NCBI GenBank assembly: GCA_031551645.1
Contig: JAVBNI010000087.1
Span: 13,381 to 77,380, forward strand
Source: Bacteroidales bacterium
GTDB lineage: Bacteria > Bacteroidota > Bacteroidia > Bacteroidales > UBA4181
Direction of reading: 5' to 3'
DNA length: 64,000 nucleotides
Part shown: positions 17,479 through 28,700 of the stretch, in pieces
Position numbering within the stretch: position 1 is the first letter of the stretch
Layout: every line of letters begins with the position of its first letter
Notes under the pieces: model-generated
Database searches by the model: none
What the model saw: only the letters and a program-made list of their open reading frames with translations
Told to the model about the DNA's origin: nothing
Position numbers and translations under genes: made by a program

Positions 17479-20400
17479 TTAAAAAGTTAAATTTAGTTTT
17501 ACCCCTATAGGCATCACCCACGGTTCGAGGTTGTATTGTTCCATTCCTTGTCGCATTTGGGTTCCCCTTTTGCCATCGGTGGATGCTTCTATCCCGAATG
17601 CCCTCTCGGGGTCTATCCCAATTTTTGCCTTTGTCCAAAGCATAATGTTCCTGCTATACACGGAAAGTGCAAGGCCTTTGATCCTGAATTGCTCCAGAAA
17701 CTTTGACGGGACTCGATACGTCAGGGTTATTTCCCTGAGTTTGATATAATCGGCAGCGAATAAACTGCCCTCTGCAAAATCCCATGTATCCATGACAATA
17801 TAATAACGCATCACGGTACCTTCTCCACCGAAATTTTCAGTGATCTCTCCGGTAGCACCATCCACAAACACGCCTGGAAAGAAACACCCGTCATTTACAC
17901 CGGCATAAACGAATCCGCCTCTTTCTTTAGTGGGACCTCCCACAAAGTAGTTCATATTGTTCCGGAACAGGTGATCATTTTCAAAGATCCAGTTTTTCAG
18001 ATCAGCGCCTGTGCGACCTTCCGGATTAACAGCAAATTCCTCATAATTACGGGTAGATCCGCCCCAATTTTTCATGCGCCGTTCCGTTTGCGAAAAGAAC
18101 TGACCGCCACATCTCCAGTCGAGCGTCCAACTCAACGAAAGGTTTTTATAAGATACTGTGGAGTTAAGCCCGAGTATAAAATCAGGATTATAATTTCCTA
18201 TTTTATTTTTAGTTTGCTCTATCGGAATTTCCGTATATCCACCAGTGGCATCCAGAACAGGAAAACCGTGATAGGGAGAATTCGGGTCATCTATCCTCTC
18301 TATGGCAGCGCCGTAGATATCTCCTATCTCTTCTCCCACGTAAGTCCACGCTGCTGCATTATCTTTCCAGAACTCTATTTTTTCGATGCTGGGCGCAAGT
18401 TCTTTAAGCGTTGTACGGACTCTGGTCACATTCACGTCGATATCCCACATCCAGTCGCTGGTTTTGATGGGGGTACCTCCGATGGTAAATTCCCATCCTT
18501 TGCTTTGCACCAGTCCCATGTTGATATTTGATGTGCTGGAACCGCTCGACGGAGCATTGGGTACATTTTGTATGATCTGATTTTTATTATCTACCATGAA
18601 ATAAGTTCCTTCAAATCGTAACCTGTTGTCGAAAAATCCCAAGTTCGTACCAAATTCCATGGATGTTGCCAACTCCGGTTTCAGATTGGGCACCAAGATA
18701 GTACCCGATTTACTCAAACGCATGGTTGAACCCCATGGATCCAGAGAATTATACGTCGAAAGCAACTGGTACGGGCTGGTATCGCTACCCACTTGCGCCC
18801 ATCCGCCTCTCAATTTGATTAAGGATATCTTTGGCCCTAAATCGACCATTTGGTTGACCAATAAACTCAAGGATGCCGATGGATAAAAGTACGACCTGTT
18901 ATTCTTGGGGAGCGTGCTGCTCCAGTCGTTGCGCCCTGTCAAATCCAAGTATACCATGTCTTTCCATCCCAGATTGATAAACGCATACAGGCTCTGAACT
19001 GCTTTTTGTGACCAATCGCTGGCATATTCAAGTGCCTCCGGCTTGATATTGCTGATTTTGAAAACATTCGGAACAATCAGCCCCGCTTCTTGTTTCGCTT
19101 TATTTACCACAGAGGTGGCTTTTGTATACATCTCATTGCCTCCGGCAGAAATGGTGTAACTGAAATCGCCCACACGGTCATCCCATTTGATTAAAAAGTC
19201 AAAGTTGCGTTCATAACCCGTTGTATTCATCAGCCCATAATATCCCTTGGGTTCACGAGTCCAACCCAGTGGTATTTTCGTTTCGATCCGTTGAGAAAAC
19301 AAATCCATGGTCATACGCGCCATGGCACTCAATTTAGATGTGATCTGCCACTCTAACATCACATTGCCAAACATGCGATCTCTGCTGAAACCATTTTTGA
19401 TCTCATGTGCCATAAAATACGGATTGTTGGTAGTGCCCGGAATCATATTTACTACTTCGAACCCTTCTTTACCCGGGACCCAGTAATTTTCGAGTCTCCT
19501 GATATCGTAATTCACCGGGAAGTTAACCACCGCTTCCAATACATCACCGCGATTACCCGAAGGTCTGTTGTTGGCCCAATTTCTGCCGTAATTGATATTC
19601 GAACTGAGGGTTAAACTTTTGTTTACTTTTACCTGTACGGCGGTTGAGATGTTATTTCTGTGGAGATCAGTGCCGGGGATAACTCCCTTGTTGGTCATGT
19701 TGGTAACGCCTATGCGGTAGTTGATCCACTCGTTATTGTTCGAAACAGATATCGAATTGGTAGAAGTGATGCCGGTATTCACAAAATTCCTCATATTGTT
19801 CGGGTAACTGACCAACTCACTCGGAATCTGATCCCCATTGCCGTCTGTCGGACTGTCCCACTGTATGGCATAGTAACCTTTATCTAAGGGCATTCCGCTT
19901 GCAAACGACGCGCCTCTAATATCAAAAATGTGTCCTTCAGGATACATGTCGGGTGTTTCTGGCCGCGGGCCATGGGCAAACCATTTCTGTTGCTTATAAG
20001 ATTTGTAAGGAACGTCAAATACAGTATTGGAACTGATATCGACGCGCATACCTTTAGAATTTTTACCCGATTTGGTAGTCACTACAACCACGCCGTTGCC
20101 GGCACGTGAACCGTATAATGCTGCAGCGCTGGGGCCTTTCAAAACAGAAATATTCTCAATGTCCTCCGGATTCAAGTCAGAAATGGCATTACCATAGTCC
20201 ACTCTGTTATCCCTTCCCATTTGGGTAACATTATTCAACGAATTGGCTACGGGAACGCCGTCAATCACGAACAGGGGCTGGTTATCGCTGAAAAGCGAAG
20301 TAGCTCCGCGAATCACCATGCTTACGGAAGAACCTGTTCCACCTGTGGAGTTGATCGTTACGCCCGATACCTTTCCGGCAAGAGCATTCAGTACGTTTTC

Positions 20401-20838
20401 CTGGGGTACTTTTACCATATCGCTGCCACTGACTTTTCCTACAGAGTATCCGAGCGATTTTTCCTGCCGTGTGATACCCAAAGCGGTCACCACCACTTCT
20501 CCTATCTCAGTCACGTCTTCATTCAGTGTCAGATTGATGACTGTCCGGCCTTCTACGGGAACCTCCTGTGGTTTGTAGCCGATAAACGAAAAAACCAAAA
20601 CAGCATTGGATGGTACGGTGATCGTATATGTCCCGTTCAAGTCCGTGACCACGCCCCGTGTCGTTCCTTTCATCACCACGCTAACACCGGGCAGCCCCAG
20701 CTCGTCAGTGTCGGAAGTAATCGTCCCTTTGATGGTAACATCCTGTTGCCCCAGAGCCGAGCTACTGTATAATATAAACATAACGAAAACAAACAATAGT
20801 TGTTTTCCTGCTAATTTAATGATATTGATATAGTTCAT
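17479..20838 (-). CDS. SusC/RagA-family TonB-dependent outer-membrane transporter, copy 1 (no STN extension)
   Basis: The order is signal peptide, CarboxypepD_reg-like segment (ITIKGTITSD...GVSVVMKGTTRG), plug motifs and a barrel of about 900 aa ending ...KLNLTF. Confidence 0.9.
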   Translation of the reverse strand: MNYINIIKLAGKQLLFVFVMFILYSSSALGQQDVTIKGTITSDTDELGLPGVSVVMKGTTRGVVTDLNGTYTITVPSNAVLVFSFIGYKPQEVPVEGRTVINLTLNEDVTEIGEVVVTALGITRQEKSLGYSVGKVSGSDMVKVPQENVLNALAGKVSGVTINSTGGTGSSVSMVIRGATSLFSDNQPLFVIDGVPVANSLNNVTQMGRDNRVDYGNAISDLNPEDIENISVLKGPSAAALYGSRAGNGVVVVTTKSGKNSKGMRVDISSNTVFDVPYKSYKQQKWFAHGPRPETPDMYPEGHIFDIRGASFASGMPLDKGYYAIQWDSPTDGNGDQIPSELVSYPNNMRNFVNTGITSTNSISVSNNNEWINYRIGVTNMTNKGVIPGTDLHRNNISTAVQVKVNKSLTLSSNINYGRNWANNRPSGNRGDVLEAVVNFPVNYDIRRLENYWVPGKEGFEVVNMIPGTTNNPYFMAHEIKNGFSRDRMFGNVMLEWQITSKLSAMARMTMDLFSQRIETKIPLGWTREPKGYYGLMNTTGYERNFDFLIKWDDRVGDFSYTISAGGNEMYTKATSVVNKAKQEAGLIVPNVFKISNIKPEALEYASDWSQKAVQSLYAFINLGWKDMVYLDLTGRNDWSSTLPKNNRSYFYPSASLSLLVNQMVDLGPKISLIKLRGGWAQVGSDTSPYQLLSTYNSLDPWGSTMRLSKSGTILVPNLKPELATSMEFGTNLGFFDNRLRFEGTYFMVDNKNQIIQNVPNAPSSGSSTSNINMGLVQSKGWEFTIGGTPIKTSDWMWDIDVNVTRVRTTLKELAPSIEKIEFWKDNAAAWTYVGEEIGDIYGAAIERIDDPNSPYHGFPVLDATGGYTEIPIEQTKNKIGNYNPDFILGLNSTVSYKNLSLSWTLDWRCGGQFFSQTERRMKNWGGSTRNYEEFAVNPEGRTGADLKNWIFENDHLFRNNMNYFVGGPTKERGGFVYAGVNDGCFFPGVFVDGATGEITENFGGEGTVMRYYIVMDTWDFAEGSLFAADYIKLREITLTYRVPSKFLEQFRIKGLALSVYSRNIMLWTKAKIGIDPERAFGIEASTDGKRGTQMRQGMEQYNLEPWVMPIGVKLNLTF

Positions 20839-20863
20839 ATTCTTATTAAGTTAATATTATTAT

Positions 20864-21796
20864 TTATTCGGCAATAGCATCAAACGTCAGTACTACCGCA
20901 TGAGTTGCTCCATTAAGAGGTATGAGCGCTGCAGCTCCAGTGAAAAATAACGCCAGTTGCATTTTCTCCGCCGTCAGCGACGTAATAATACATTTCTTGT
21001 TAAAATCCAAAAAACCTATAAATTCGTCTTTTGTAAAACTCAGGGTCATCACATCCTTGAAAGTTACATTACCCATAGTGATACCGGAAAATATGGTAAA
21101 GTCCTCTTTTTCTACAAAATTATACGTTGCGCCTTCTGCTGCAGGACATTTGGCATAACAAAAAGCTTGAAAACCACTGGTACCCACTTTTAAAAGCTCA
21201 AGGCTTTTTGCAGTAGCATATATAGATGAACCATAAGATCCGCCATTTTTGGGCAGACGTTGGTAACTTCCGTCAGCTTTGAAAAGATACACGTCTTCAT
21301 ACGCCCATTCCAAACCAATTTGGCTCAATATTCCTGCTGAAAGTGCAGTAGTATTGTTTTTGCCAGTTACAGGAAAATCTTCTACTGCCTCACCAAGCCT
21401 GTCGCCTTTGGAATATGACAACTTCCATTTTTTCCCGTTAGGATAAGTTTGATCACCCGCAAGCATCTGTAAGGGAGAAAGGGCCAAACTCACTTTTTTG
21501 GTGATTGGCTTTTCAATACCGGTAACCGAAAGTGTCACAAAATAGGCACCACCCTCAGTGTAGGTGTGTACTGGATCCTTTTCTGTACTGGTATTTCCAT
21601 CGCCAAAATCCCAACTAAAATTACCATGATTACTCATGGCGTAAAATTCAACATCTTTACCTTCACCAACAATAGCATAATAGAAATTTGCTAGAACTGT
21701 CGGTTCACTTTCAGGTTCTTTTTCTTTACAGGATTGAAATGAAGCTAATGCACAAAAGACAAAAGCTACACATAAAAATAGATTTGATTTTTTCAT
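20864..21796 (-). CDS. PKD-domain surface lipoprotein, first gene of module copy 1
   Basis: Lipobox FQSC followed by KEKEPESEP. PKD signature FSWDFGDGNTSTEKDPVHTYTEGGAYFVTLSVTG. The C-terminal region of about 200 aa is unassigned. Confidence 0.7.
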   Translation of the reverse strand: MKKSNLFLCVAFVFCALASFQSCKEKEPESEPTVLANFYYAIVGEGKDVEFYAMSNHGNFSWDFGDGNTSTEKDPVHTYTEGGAYFVTLSVTGIEKPITKKVSLALSPLQMLAGDQTYPNGKKWKLSYSKGDRLGEAVEDFPVTGKNNTTALSAGILSQIGLEWAYEDVYLFKADGSYQRLPKNGGSYGSSIYATAKSLELLKVGTSGFQAFCYAKCPAAEGATYNFVEKEDFTIFSGITMGNVTFKDVMTLSFTKDEFIGFLDFNKKCIITSLTAEKMQLALFFTGAAALIPLNGATHAVVLTFDAIAE

Positions 21797-21828
21797 ATTG
21801 ACTTATAGTTTAAAATTACTGATTTTTG

Positions 21829-21848
21829 AAATGTAAACGTTTACATTT
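21829..21848. promoter_or_regulatory. LacI/GalR-type operator palindrome, proximal site, copy 1
   Basis: AAATGTAAACGTTTACATTT is a 20-bp perfect palindrome. It lies 32 nt from the ATG at 21796 and 10 nt upstream (gene orientation) of a TAATTTTA box (rc of 21811-21818). Confidence 0.6.
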
Positions 21849-22325
21849 TCAAGCCTTTTTAAAAACATAAAATTATTTCACAAGCAAACAAAATATATTT
21901 TAGATATTAATTTTTCAATAAACAGGCATCGTTAATCAAGAATGAAGCAAAACAAACGAATGGTACAGCAATGTTACTTGTCTGAATAAGTTTCTTCATT
22001 AAATCTGCAAGTAGAGGTTTATCTTTGTTTCAGAATGTAAATCCACGGAGCTTTAGTAAACCCCAGATGCGTTTTGACTATCATACGGAAATTAACCTAA
22101 TCCATCACACGGTCAATACACATGGTTACAAATTTGATTTACATAACTAATAGATATACATATACCGCAGTTTAATAAAAACTTTGATCAGACTTTAGAT
22201 AAGCCTGCCAACAGTAACAACAAATCATTCGCATCATTTCACAATATACAAACCTCTCCCTCTCTCACATAAAAACAATGCGATGATCTTGATCCACAAA
22301 TTTTAATAATAAAAATACAAATATT

Positions 22326-22341
22326 GCTTAAACGTTTAAGC
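22326..22341. promoter_or_regulatory. LacI/GalR-type operator palindrome, distal site, copy 1
   Basis: GCTTAAACGTTTAAGC is a 16-bp perfect palindrome with the same AAACGTTT core. Confidence 0.5.
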
Positions 22342-22526
22342 GACAACTTATAAAACCACTATAGCCTTTTCTCGATCTCCCTTCTTGTAGATTAAACAAA
22401 ACAATTTTCCCTCTTGCCTAAAAACTTCACTCTCATTTGTATCATTAATCGATATTTTGTATAAAATCGTAGAAGCAATCGAATATGCAAATATGAATAC
22501 TAAAACTTATACATCAGCCCTCATTT

Positions 22527-22561
22527 TGCGTGTTTAAATCCTCAAAACGCGCATTTTTTTT
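22527..22561 (+). terminator. Plus-strand intrinsic-terminator-like hairpin in module leader, copy 1
   Basis: A 9-bp stem (22527-22535 / 22545-22553, one G-U pair) with a 9-nt loop, followed by T8 (22554-22561). It is conserved with two compensatory pair changes at 30764-30798. Confidence 0.55.
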
Positions 22562-22671
22562 GAAATTATCAACTATAATAATTTCACATACACACCGGTA
22601 TTCATTTATTTGCAGATTCAGTTGAACGTTGACAGGATAGTGGTGATGTTCCGTTAGTTTTAAATCATACT

Positions 22672-24030
22672 TTAATTACTTTTTACCAGTAACCTTTTGT
22701 CCGTGGTCACAAACATTCTTGTGCTCTTAGTGTATTCGTGGCCGGTTTTCGTCTTATACTTCAGATCAACAAAGAAAGCTTTGTATCCCGATTTAGGATA
22801 ATCAATATGCACAACGATTTCTTTTTTATGGGCTGCATTCAGGTCTTCGCCCGACCAGCTATCATTTCTGAAATCCTGATCTTCCGATTCCGCATGCCAC
22901 AACTCAGCACCTAACAACAAATCCGGGGTTGTTGTTACATTTAATGTAATGATATTGGATTGTTCACTGATTGAATAATCGCATAGCGAGTGGCTTTCTC
23001 CGGTAGCCGTTATTTCAAAAAATGCGCCCAACGATGCAAATGCTTTTTGTCCGTTGCCAAGATTGTGTTTTACATTGGGGACATAACAGGTAAAATTCAC
23101 GCCCGGAATATCGTCAATGTAATTTTTCACTGCGTCAACAGGCCAGTATGGGTCGTTTGTACCCATAACCAACATTTTCGGCATGGTTAATGTTTTTCTG
23201 TATGAATAAGGATCTACCATTGTTACAAGATCCTGGCCACCCTTGCTTGTGATCTGTTGAGTAATTCCCAAATCAACATAATCCTGAATTTCTACGCTGT
23301 AATCCTTCCAGACCTCAATTTGGTAATCTACGCTTACAGGCATATTCAACACATCGATTACCATGGGTGCGATGGCTTTTACACGCTTATCGTTTGCGCC
23401 AGTCAGCCAGGTTGTCCATCCCCGTTTCGATTGCCCTGAAATCAGAAATTCTTTCACCTTCCATTCCAATTCCTTGTCGGTAAATTGCTGTATAGCGTCC
23501 ATCGCTTTGATGGCGCTTTTGGTCATGGGGAAAAGCAATGGCCAGGTCATATCGCCGTCATTCAAATAGTTGTGCAAGGTATAGGATATTAACGCATCTT
23601 CGGAAAGACCGTTATAGAGCGGTTGATTGGGTACCTGCCAGAGTACGGCTGTAACCGCCATACTGTTTTTTGCAGTTTGAAGCATGGGCGCAATAAATTT
23701 TCGGGCCCATTGCGGTGTGTGCGGCTCTCCATCTTCTATTTCGCCTCCGGTTATATACAAAAGGGCATCATGATATTTCAATATGTCAGGAACGATGATC
23801 ACCATCTCATGTTTCCACACGAATTCCCTCCATTGTTGTGAGGTAAATATCAACCGGTAAAGGGTTGCTCCTTCATTTTGGATTTTTTCAACCAGTTTCC
23901 ACTTAAAGGAATTGTCGGAGTTGTTGATATAAGCTTGTAGTGCCGTTTCAGGAGTCACCGGCTTTTTGGCTCCGGTACAACCGGCAAAAAAAAGGCCACT
24001 GATGGAAATAAGAAATAGTAACTTTTTCAT
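22672..24030 (-). CDS. PhoPQ-activated (PqaA)-like alpha/beta-hydrolase lipoprotein, copy 2
   Basis: Lipobox FFAGC and the SGQSKRGWTTW motif. It aligns along its length with 14291..15649. Confidence 0.6.
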   Translation of the reverse strand: MKKLLFLISISGLFFAGCTGAKKPVTPETALQAYINNSDNSFKWKLVEKIQNEGATLYRLIFTSQQWREFVWKHEMVIIVPDILKYHDALLYITGGEIEDGEPHTPQWARKFIAPMLQTAKNSMAVTAVLWQVPNQPLYNGLSEDALISYTLHNYLNDGDMTWPLLFPMTKSAIKAMDAIQQFTDKELEWKVKEFLISGQSKRGWTTWLTGANDKRVKAIAPMVIDVLNMPVSVDYQIEVWKDYSVEIQDYVDLGITQQITSKGGQDLVTMVDPYSYRKTLTMPKMLVMGTNDPYWPVDAVKNYIDDIPGVNFTCYVPNVKHNLGNGQKAFASLGAFFEITATGESHSLCDYSISEQSNIITLNVTTTPDLLLGAELWHAESEDQDFRNDSWSGEDLNAAHKKEIVVHIDYPKSGYKAFFVDLKYKTKTGHEYTKSTRMFVTTDKRLLVKSN

Positions 24031-24043
24031 ATTTAACTGTCTT

Positions 24044-24078
24044 AAAAAAAGCAGGAGATACTCTATAGTATCCCCTGC
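24044..24078 (-). terminator. Hairpin plus T-tract between susD-like and PqaA-like genes, copy 2
   Basis: Same stem as copy 1 with one change. That change is a G-U wobble in minus-strand RNA but an A-C mismatch in plus-strand RNA. T7 follows on the minus strand. Confidence 0.6.
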
Positions 24079-24097
24079 CTAACATTTCTAAAATAAA

Positions 24098-25747
24098 TTA
24101 CCAAGGCTTTCCAGTGTCTTTCAAAAGCCACATCTTAGACCAGGCGCTATTTTTACCGTCTTCTAAGTTATAATTTGTAGCGTCTAAATTTTGAATAGCC
24201 ACATCTACATTATCTCCATTATAATCCAACTCATTAAGGCCATAATAAAATCTTATTGGTATTGCATTTCTTTTAACAACGGTTCCGGGTTTAAGTGCAG
24301 GCAACCCGGTTCTTCGCCAGTCAAACCAAGCTTCGGTTGCAGCGCTCCAACTGGCAATCCATTTTTGCCACATGATTTGCTCCAAGGTATTGTCATATGT
24401 TACACGAGCCACATAATCAGCATAAGAATCTCCTACACCCCATGTATCAAATGAAGCTTTGATACCGGCATAGAAGTTTTCTTCTGCAGTACCTATGGAA
24501 GGCAACCCTCTCCATGCTAACTCGGCCAGGATAAAATACATTTCGGAAGCAGACAACATTCTGGTCTTTAATAAATCACCTGTTGCATTTTTATACATGG
24601 AGCTGATATGGGATGCGTGAGGGTTAATTGGAGCCTGCGCCAGGTTAGGATTAAGATTATATGACTGGGCGTTGGCATGCCATGCCGGAGGAAGTCCAAT
24701 ATAATCTTTGTTCAGGTTTAAAGGAACCTTATAATTATCTTCATAGGTTTTTGCTACGCCTGTTCCAATTACGCGCTCTCCATCTATAATTTTATCAAAA
24801 TCAGCAGGTTTACTGGGATCAATCACCAAAGGAGTCGCTATTTTATCAGCCCACACAGGCAGCCTGGGATCTTTCAAGTCTCTTAATAATTCCACTAATG
24901 TAGAACACATTTTCAATCGTCTCCAATTGGTTTCGTCGGCATTATATTTTGTATTACAAGGCCAGGAATCACTGCCACTACTCCCGACATAAGCAAACGC
25001 AGCATCATCCGCATGGTCAAGAGTAAGAGGATATTTATCAGGGTTGTTGATAATCTTGGCAATCCCCGCTTCTGCAATACTTGGCTCTTTATCTAGTATT
25101 CTCAAATAATACCGTAAAGCCAGAGAATTCGCAAATTTTCTCCATTTGATTACGCTTCCACCAAACAATACATCTAATGTATTATCTACAGTATATTGGC
25201 TTTGTCCCTTGGAGAGCAAGGTGTTCGCCTCTTCCAGATATGCGAGAATACCCAAATAAATATCCCTTTGTGAATCATACACAGGTTTTGCAACACCTTC
25301 TTCTCCTTTCAAGGCATCGCTAAAAGGAGCGTCTCCCCAAATATCGGCGATTATCCCAAAGTTGTATGCTTTAAACACTAACGCGGCTCCTTCATAAAAT
25401 TCAAGTCCCATATTATGGGCCTTTTGACGCATTTCTTCGGCATTCCGGAGATTTCCATAATAATCATCCCAATTCTGGGAAGTAGTCCAGTCATAAGAGT
25501 TATGTCCACTGGCCCAACCATCCTTTTGGGTATGTTGCATGACTCCTGCAATATCCCCAAAACCTAAACCTAATACTCTGGTACCCGTTTCAGTTATAAC
25601 AGTGCCAAGTAAAAATTTGGGGTTTGTTTTAGCCGGATCTATACCATTGGGATTGATATTTATTTCATCTAAATCTTTACATGAATAAAAAGAAAAGCCC
25701 GTCAAAAAAAGTATCAGAATTATATGTAAATTATATGTTTTCATCAT
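24098..25747 (-). CDS. SusD/RagB-family outer-membrane lipoprotein, copy 2
   Basis: Lipobox SFYSC, followed by KDLDEININPNG. The C-terminus ends ...NSAWSKMWLLKDTGKPW. Confidence 0.85.
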   Translation of the reverse strand: MMKTYNLHIILILFLTGFSFYSCKDLDEININPNGIDPAKTNPKFLLGTVITETGTRVLGLGFGDIAGVMQHTQKDGWASGHNSYDWTTSQNWDDYYGNLRNAEEMRQKAHNMGLEFYEGAALVFKAYNFGIIADIWGDAPFSDALKGEEGVAKPVYDSQRDIYLGILAYLEEANTLLSKGQSQYTVDNTLDVLFGGSVIKWRKFANSLALRYYLRILDKEPSIAEAGIAKIINNPDKYPLTLDHADDAAFAYVGSSGSDSWPCNTKYNADETNWRRLKMCSTLVELLRDLKDPRLPVWADKIATPLVIDPSKPADFDKIIDGERVIGTGVAKTYEDNYKVPLNLNKDYIGLPPAWHANAQSYNLNPNLAQAPINPHASHISSMYKNATGDLLKTRMLSASEMYFILAELAWRGLPSIGTAEENFYAGIKASFDTWGVGDSYADYVARVTYDNTLEQIMWQKWIASWSAATEAWFDWRRTGLPALKPGTVVKRNAIPIRFYYGLNELDYNGDNVDVAIQNLDATNYNLEDGKNSAWSKMWLLKDTGKPW

Positions 25748-25755
25748 CTTTATTT

Positions 25756-28700
25756 TTAAAAAGTAACATTTAATTTAAAACCGATCGGAAAAACCCAAGG
25801 CTCAACATTATACCTTTCGATACCCTGTTTCATCTGGATTCCCCGTCTACCTTCAGTAGATGCTTCCGGTTGGAAAGCCCGTTCAGGATCAACTCCGATC
25901 CCAGCTTTGGTCCACAACATGATATTACGACTATAAACAGATACTGCCATGCCTTTTATCCCTTTGATCTTGTTGAGAAACTTGCTGGGTAACTGATAGG
26001 TTAACGAAATTTCACGAAGTTTTACATAATCTGCATCAAATGTAGATGGTTTTCCAAACTCCCAGGGATAAGATCCGATATAAGGTTGAATTAAGGTAGT
26101 ACCTTCTTCACCCAGGTTTTCCTTATAGGTAACATTGCCTTGATCGTCAGTTATAGCAATTACACCCGGCACAAAACACCCGTCATTTACAGGTGTACCC
26201 CCATAGCTTTCACGGAATCCTCCATATTCCACGGTAGGACCGCCCACCACATGAAATCCGTTCTTAATTAGGTCATCTTCATTGGCTACTAACCAATTCT
26301 TCAATTCCTCGCCTGTCCTTCCGCCCGGATGGATCAACCTGTCCAAATGCGTTTGAGAAGATCCGTCTTCGGCCATATAACGTTCTGTTTGCGACACAAA
26401 CTGACCACCATTTCTCCAATCAATGGTCCAGTTTAGTGAAAAGTTTTTATAGGATAAAGTGGACTGAAAGCCCAAGATAAACTTGGGATTATAATTTCCT
26501 ATTCTGTTTTTTGTACTTTCCATTTTTGTTTCCTGCCATTCATATGCGTCAGAGCTTATAATCGGATAACCATAATAAGGTGAATTTGTGTCCGTCACTA
26601 TAAGCATCTCAGCATCGTAAATATCCCCTATTTCATCGCCGACATATGACCATGCACCACATTTTGCATCTTCCCAAAATTGAATTTTGTCAACATTCGG
26701 AGCTATTTCTTTCAAAATTGTTCGGTTTCTCGTAATATTAATACTGACATCCCACATCCAGCTTTGATTTCTTACAGGTACACCTCCGACCGTAAATTCC
26801 CAGCCCTTGCTTTTAATCAAACCGGCATTAATATTTGCCGATGTATAACCACTGGACCCAGCCTGCTTAACATTAGGTATAATTTGATTTTTATTTTCAA
26901 TTTCATAATATGTCCCTTCAAATCTTAATCTGTGGTCAAAAAACCCCAAATCTGTACCGAATTCTATCGAAGTTGCAATCTCGGGCTTCAAAGTGGGGGA
27001 TAATAATTCGCCTTTCTTATTCAACCGGACAGCATCACCCCATTGTCCGCTATTACCATATGTGGCAATCAATTGATACGGACTGGTATCGTTACCTACT
27101 TGAGCCCATCCGCCTCTAAGCTTGACTAATGAAACCCGGTCTCCCATATTGATCATTTGATCGATCAACAGGCTTAAGGATGCAGAAGGATAAAAATAAG
27201 ACCTGTCGTTTGGGGGAAGGGTACTTGTCCAGTCATTCCGGGCTGTCAAATCAAGGTAAACCATATCTCTCCATCCAAGATTGGCAAAAGCATACACGCT
27301 TCGAATAACCTTCTCAGACCAATTACTATTATAAACAAGATTGCCCGACACAATATTGTCAATAGTAAACAGGTTTGGAATAACCAATCCCGATCCCCCC
27401 TTTTTAGAAGAATTTGAAAAAGAGGTAGCTTTCGCATACATCATATTGCCGCCTGCAGAAACGACAAAGCTAAAATCATTCAAACGTTTGGAATATTTTG
27501 CCAAAAAATCAATGTTCCGTTCATAATTTGAGGTGTTCTGAAGGCCATAAAAACCATTAATTTCCTTTGTATACCCACTTGATATTTTTCCTTCGCGCCT
27601 TTCAGAAAACTTATCCATGGAGAAACGTCCCATCAGGCTGATATCGGAAAAGATTTGCCATTCCAGCATTAAGTTACCAAAAATCCTGTCCCTGTCAAAA
27701 CTATTATTTACTTCATGTGCCAAATAGTAGGGGTTATTGTATTGTTCCACATCAGGCACTCTTTGTACCAGCCCTTCATTCCCCGGCTCCCAATACTGCT
27801 CTAAATCCCTGATATCGGTATTTTGCGGAACAGCATATGCCCATTGTAACGGGTTAGTACCCCGATTGCCCGAAGGCCGATTATTTGACCAATTCTGACT
27901 ATAATTGATATTCGAACTAAGCGTTATATTGTCTGCCATTTTCAGAGATGTAGCTGCAGAAACATTGTTCCTGTACAAATCCGAATTGGGAACAATCCCT
28001 CTGTTGATCATATTGGTTACGCCAATCCTGTAATTGTACCGTTCAGTATTATTCGAAACAGACGCCGAATTGGTGGTAGTAATTCCGGTTTGTACAAAAT
28101 TGGCCACATTGTTGGGATGCGACACCAATTCTGTAGGTATTTGAGATCCGTTTGCATCAAGAGGACTATTCCATTGAATGGCATAATATCCTTTATCCAG
28201 TTCAATACCACAACCTGCAGCCAGCTTTGGATCTATATTCATGACGTATCCATCAGGAAAATCGCTTGGCACATAGGAAAAATAACCATTGGCAAATTTT
28301 TTCTGGATGTTATAATATCGATATGGAACATCAAATACGGTATTTGAACTGACATCAACCTGTAATCCTTTGTTTTTCTTTCCGGATTTTGTGGTAATCA
28401 CCACAACTCCGTTCCCTGCGCGTGAACCATATAGGGCAGCTGCACTGGGGCCTTTCAATACCGATACGCTTTCGATATCTTCCGAATTCAAATCGGACAT
28501 CGCATTTCCAAAATCGACACGATTATCAGATCCGAACTCAGTAACATTATTTAATGTATTGGAAATAGGAACCCCATCAACAACAAACAATGGTTGATTG
28601 TCATTACTTAATGATTTAGCCCCACGTATGACCATACTCACAGAAGAACCTGTACCTCCGGTAGAATTAATCTGGACGCCCGATACCTTGCCCGAAAGTG

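Noticed and set aside
22527-22561. The leader hairpin as the terminator of the upstream minus-strand PqaA-like gene (stop at 22672)
   Set aside because: The T-run is on the plus side only, since the minus strand has AAAATG after the stem. The wobble pair would be an A-C mismatch in minus-strand RNA, so the orientation does not fit.
21797-22671. Possible protein-coding content in the 875-bp leader (and the 804-bp one at 30150-30953)
   Set aside because: No ORF of 60 aa or more lies on any frame, and conservation between the two leaders is in short blocks with indels, not in a codon-periodic pattern. I treat both as regulatory or noncoding.
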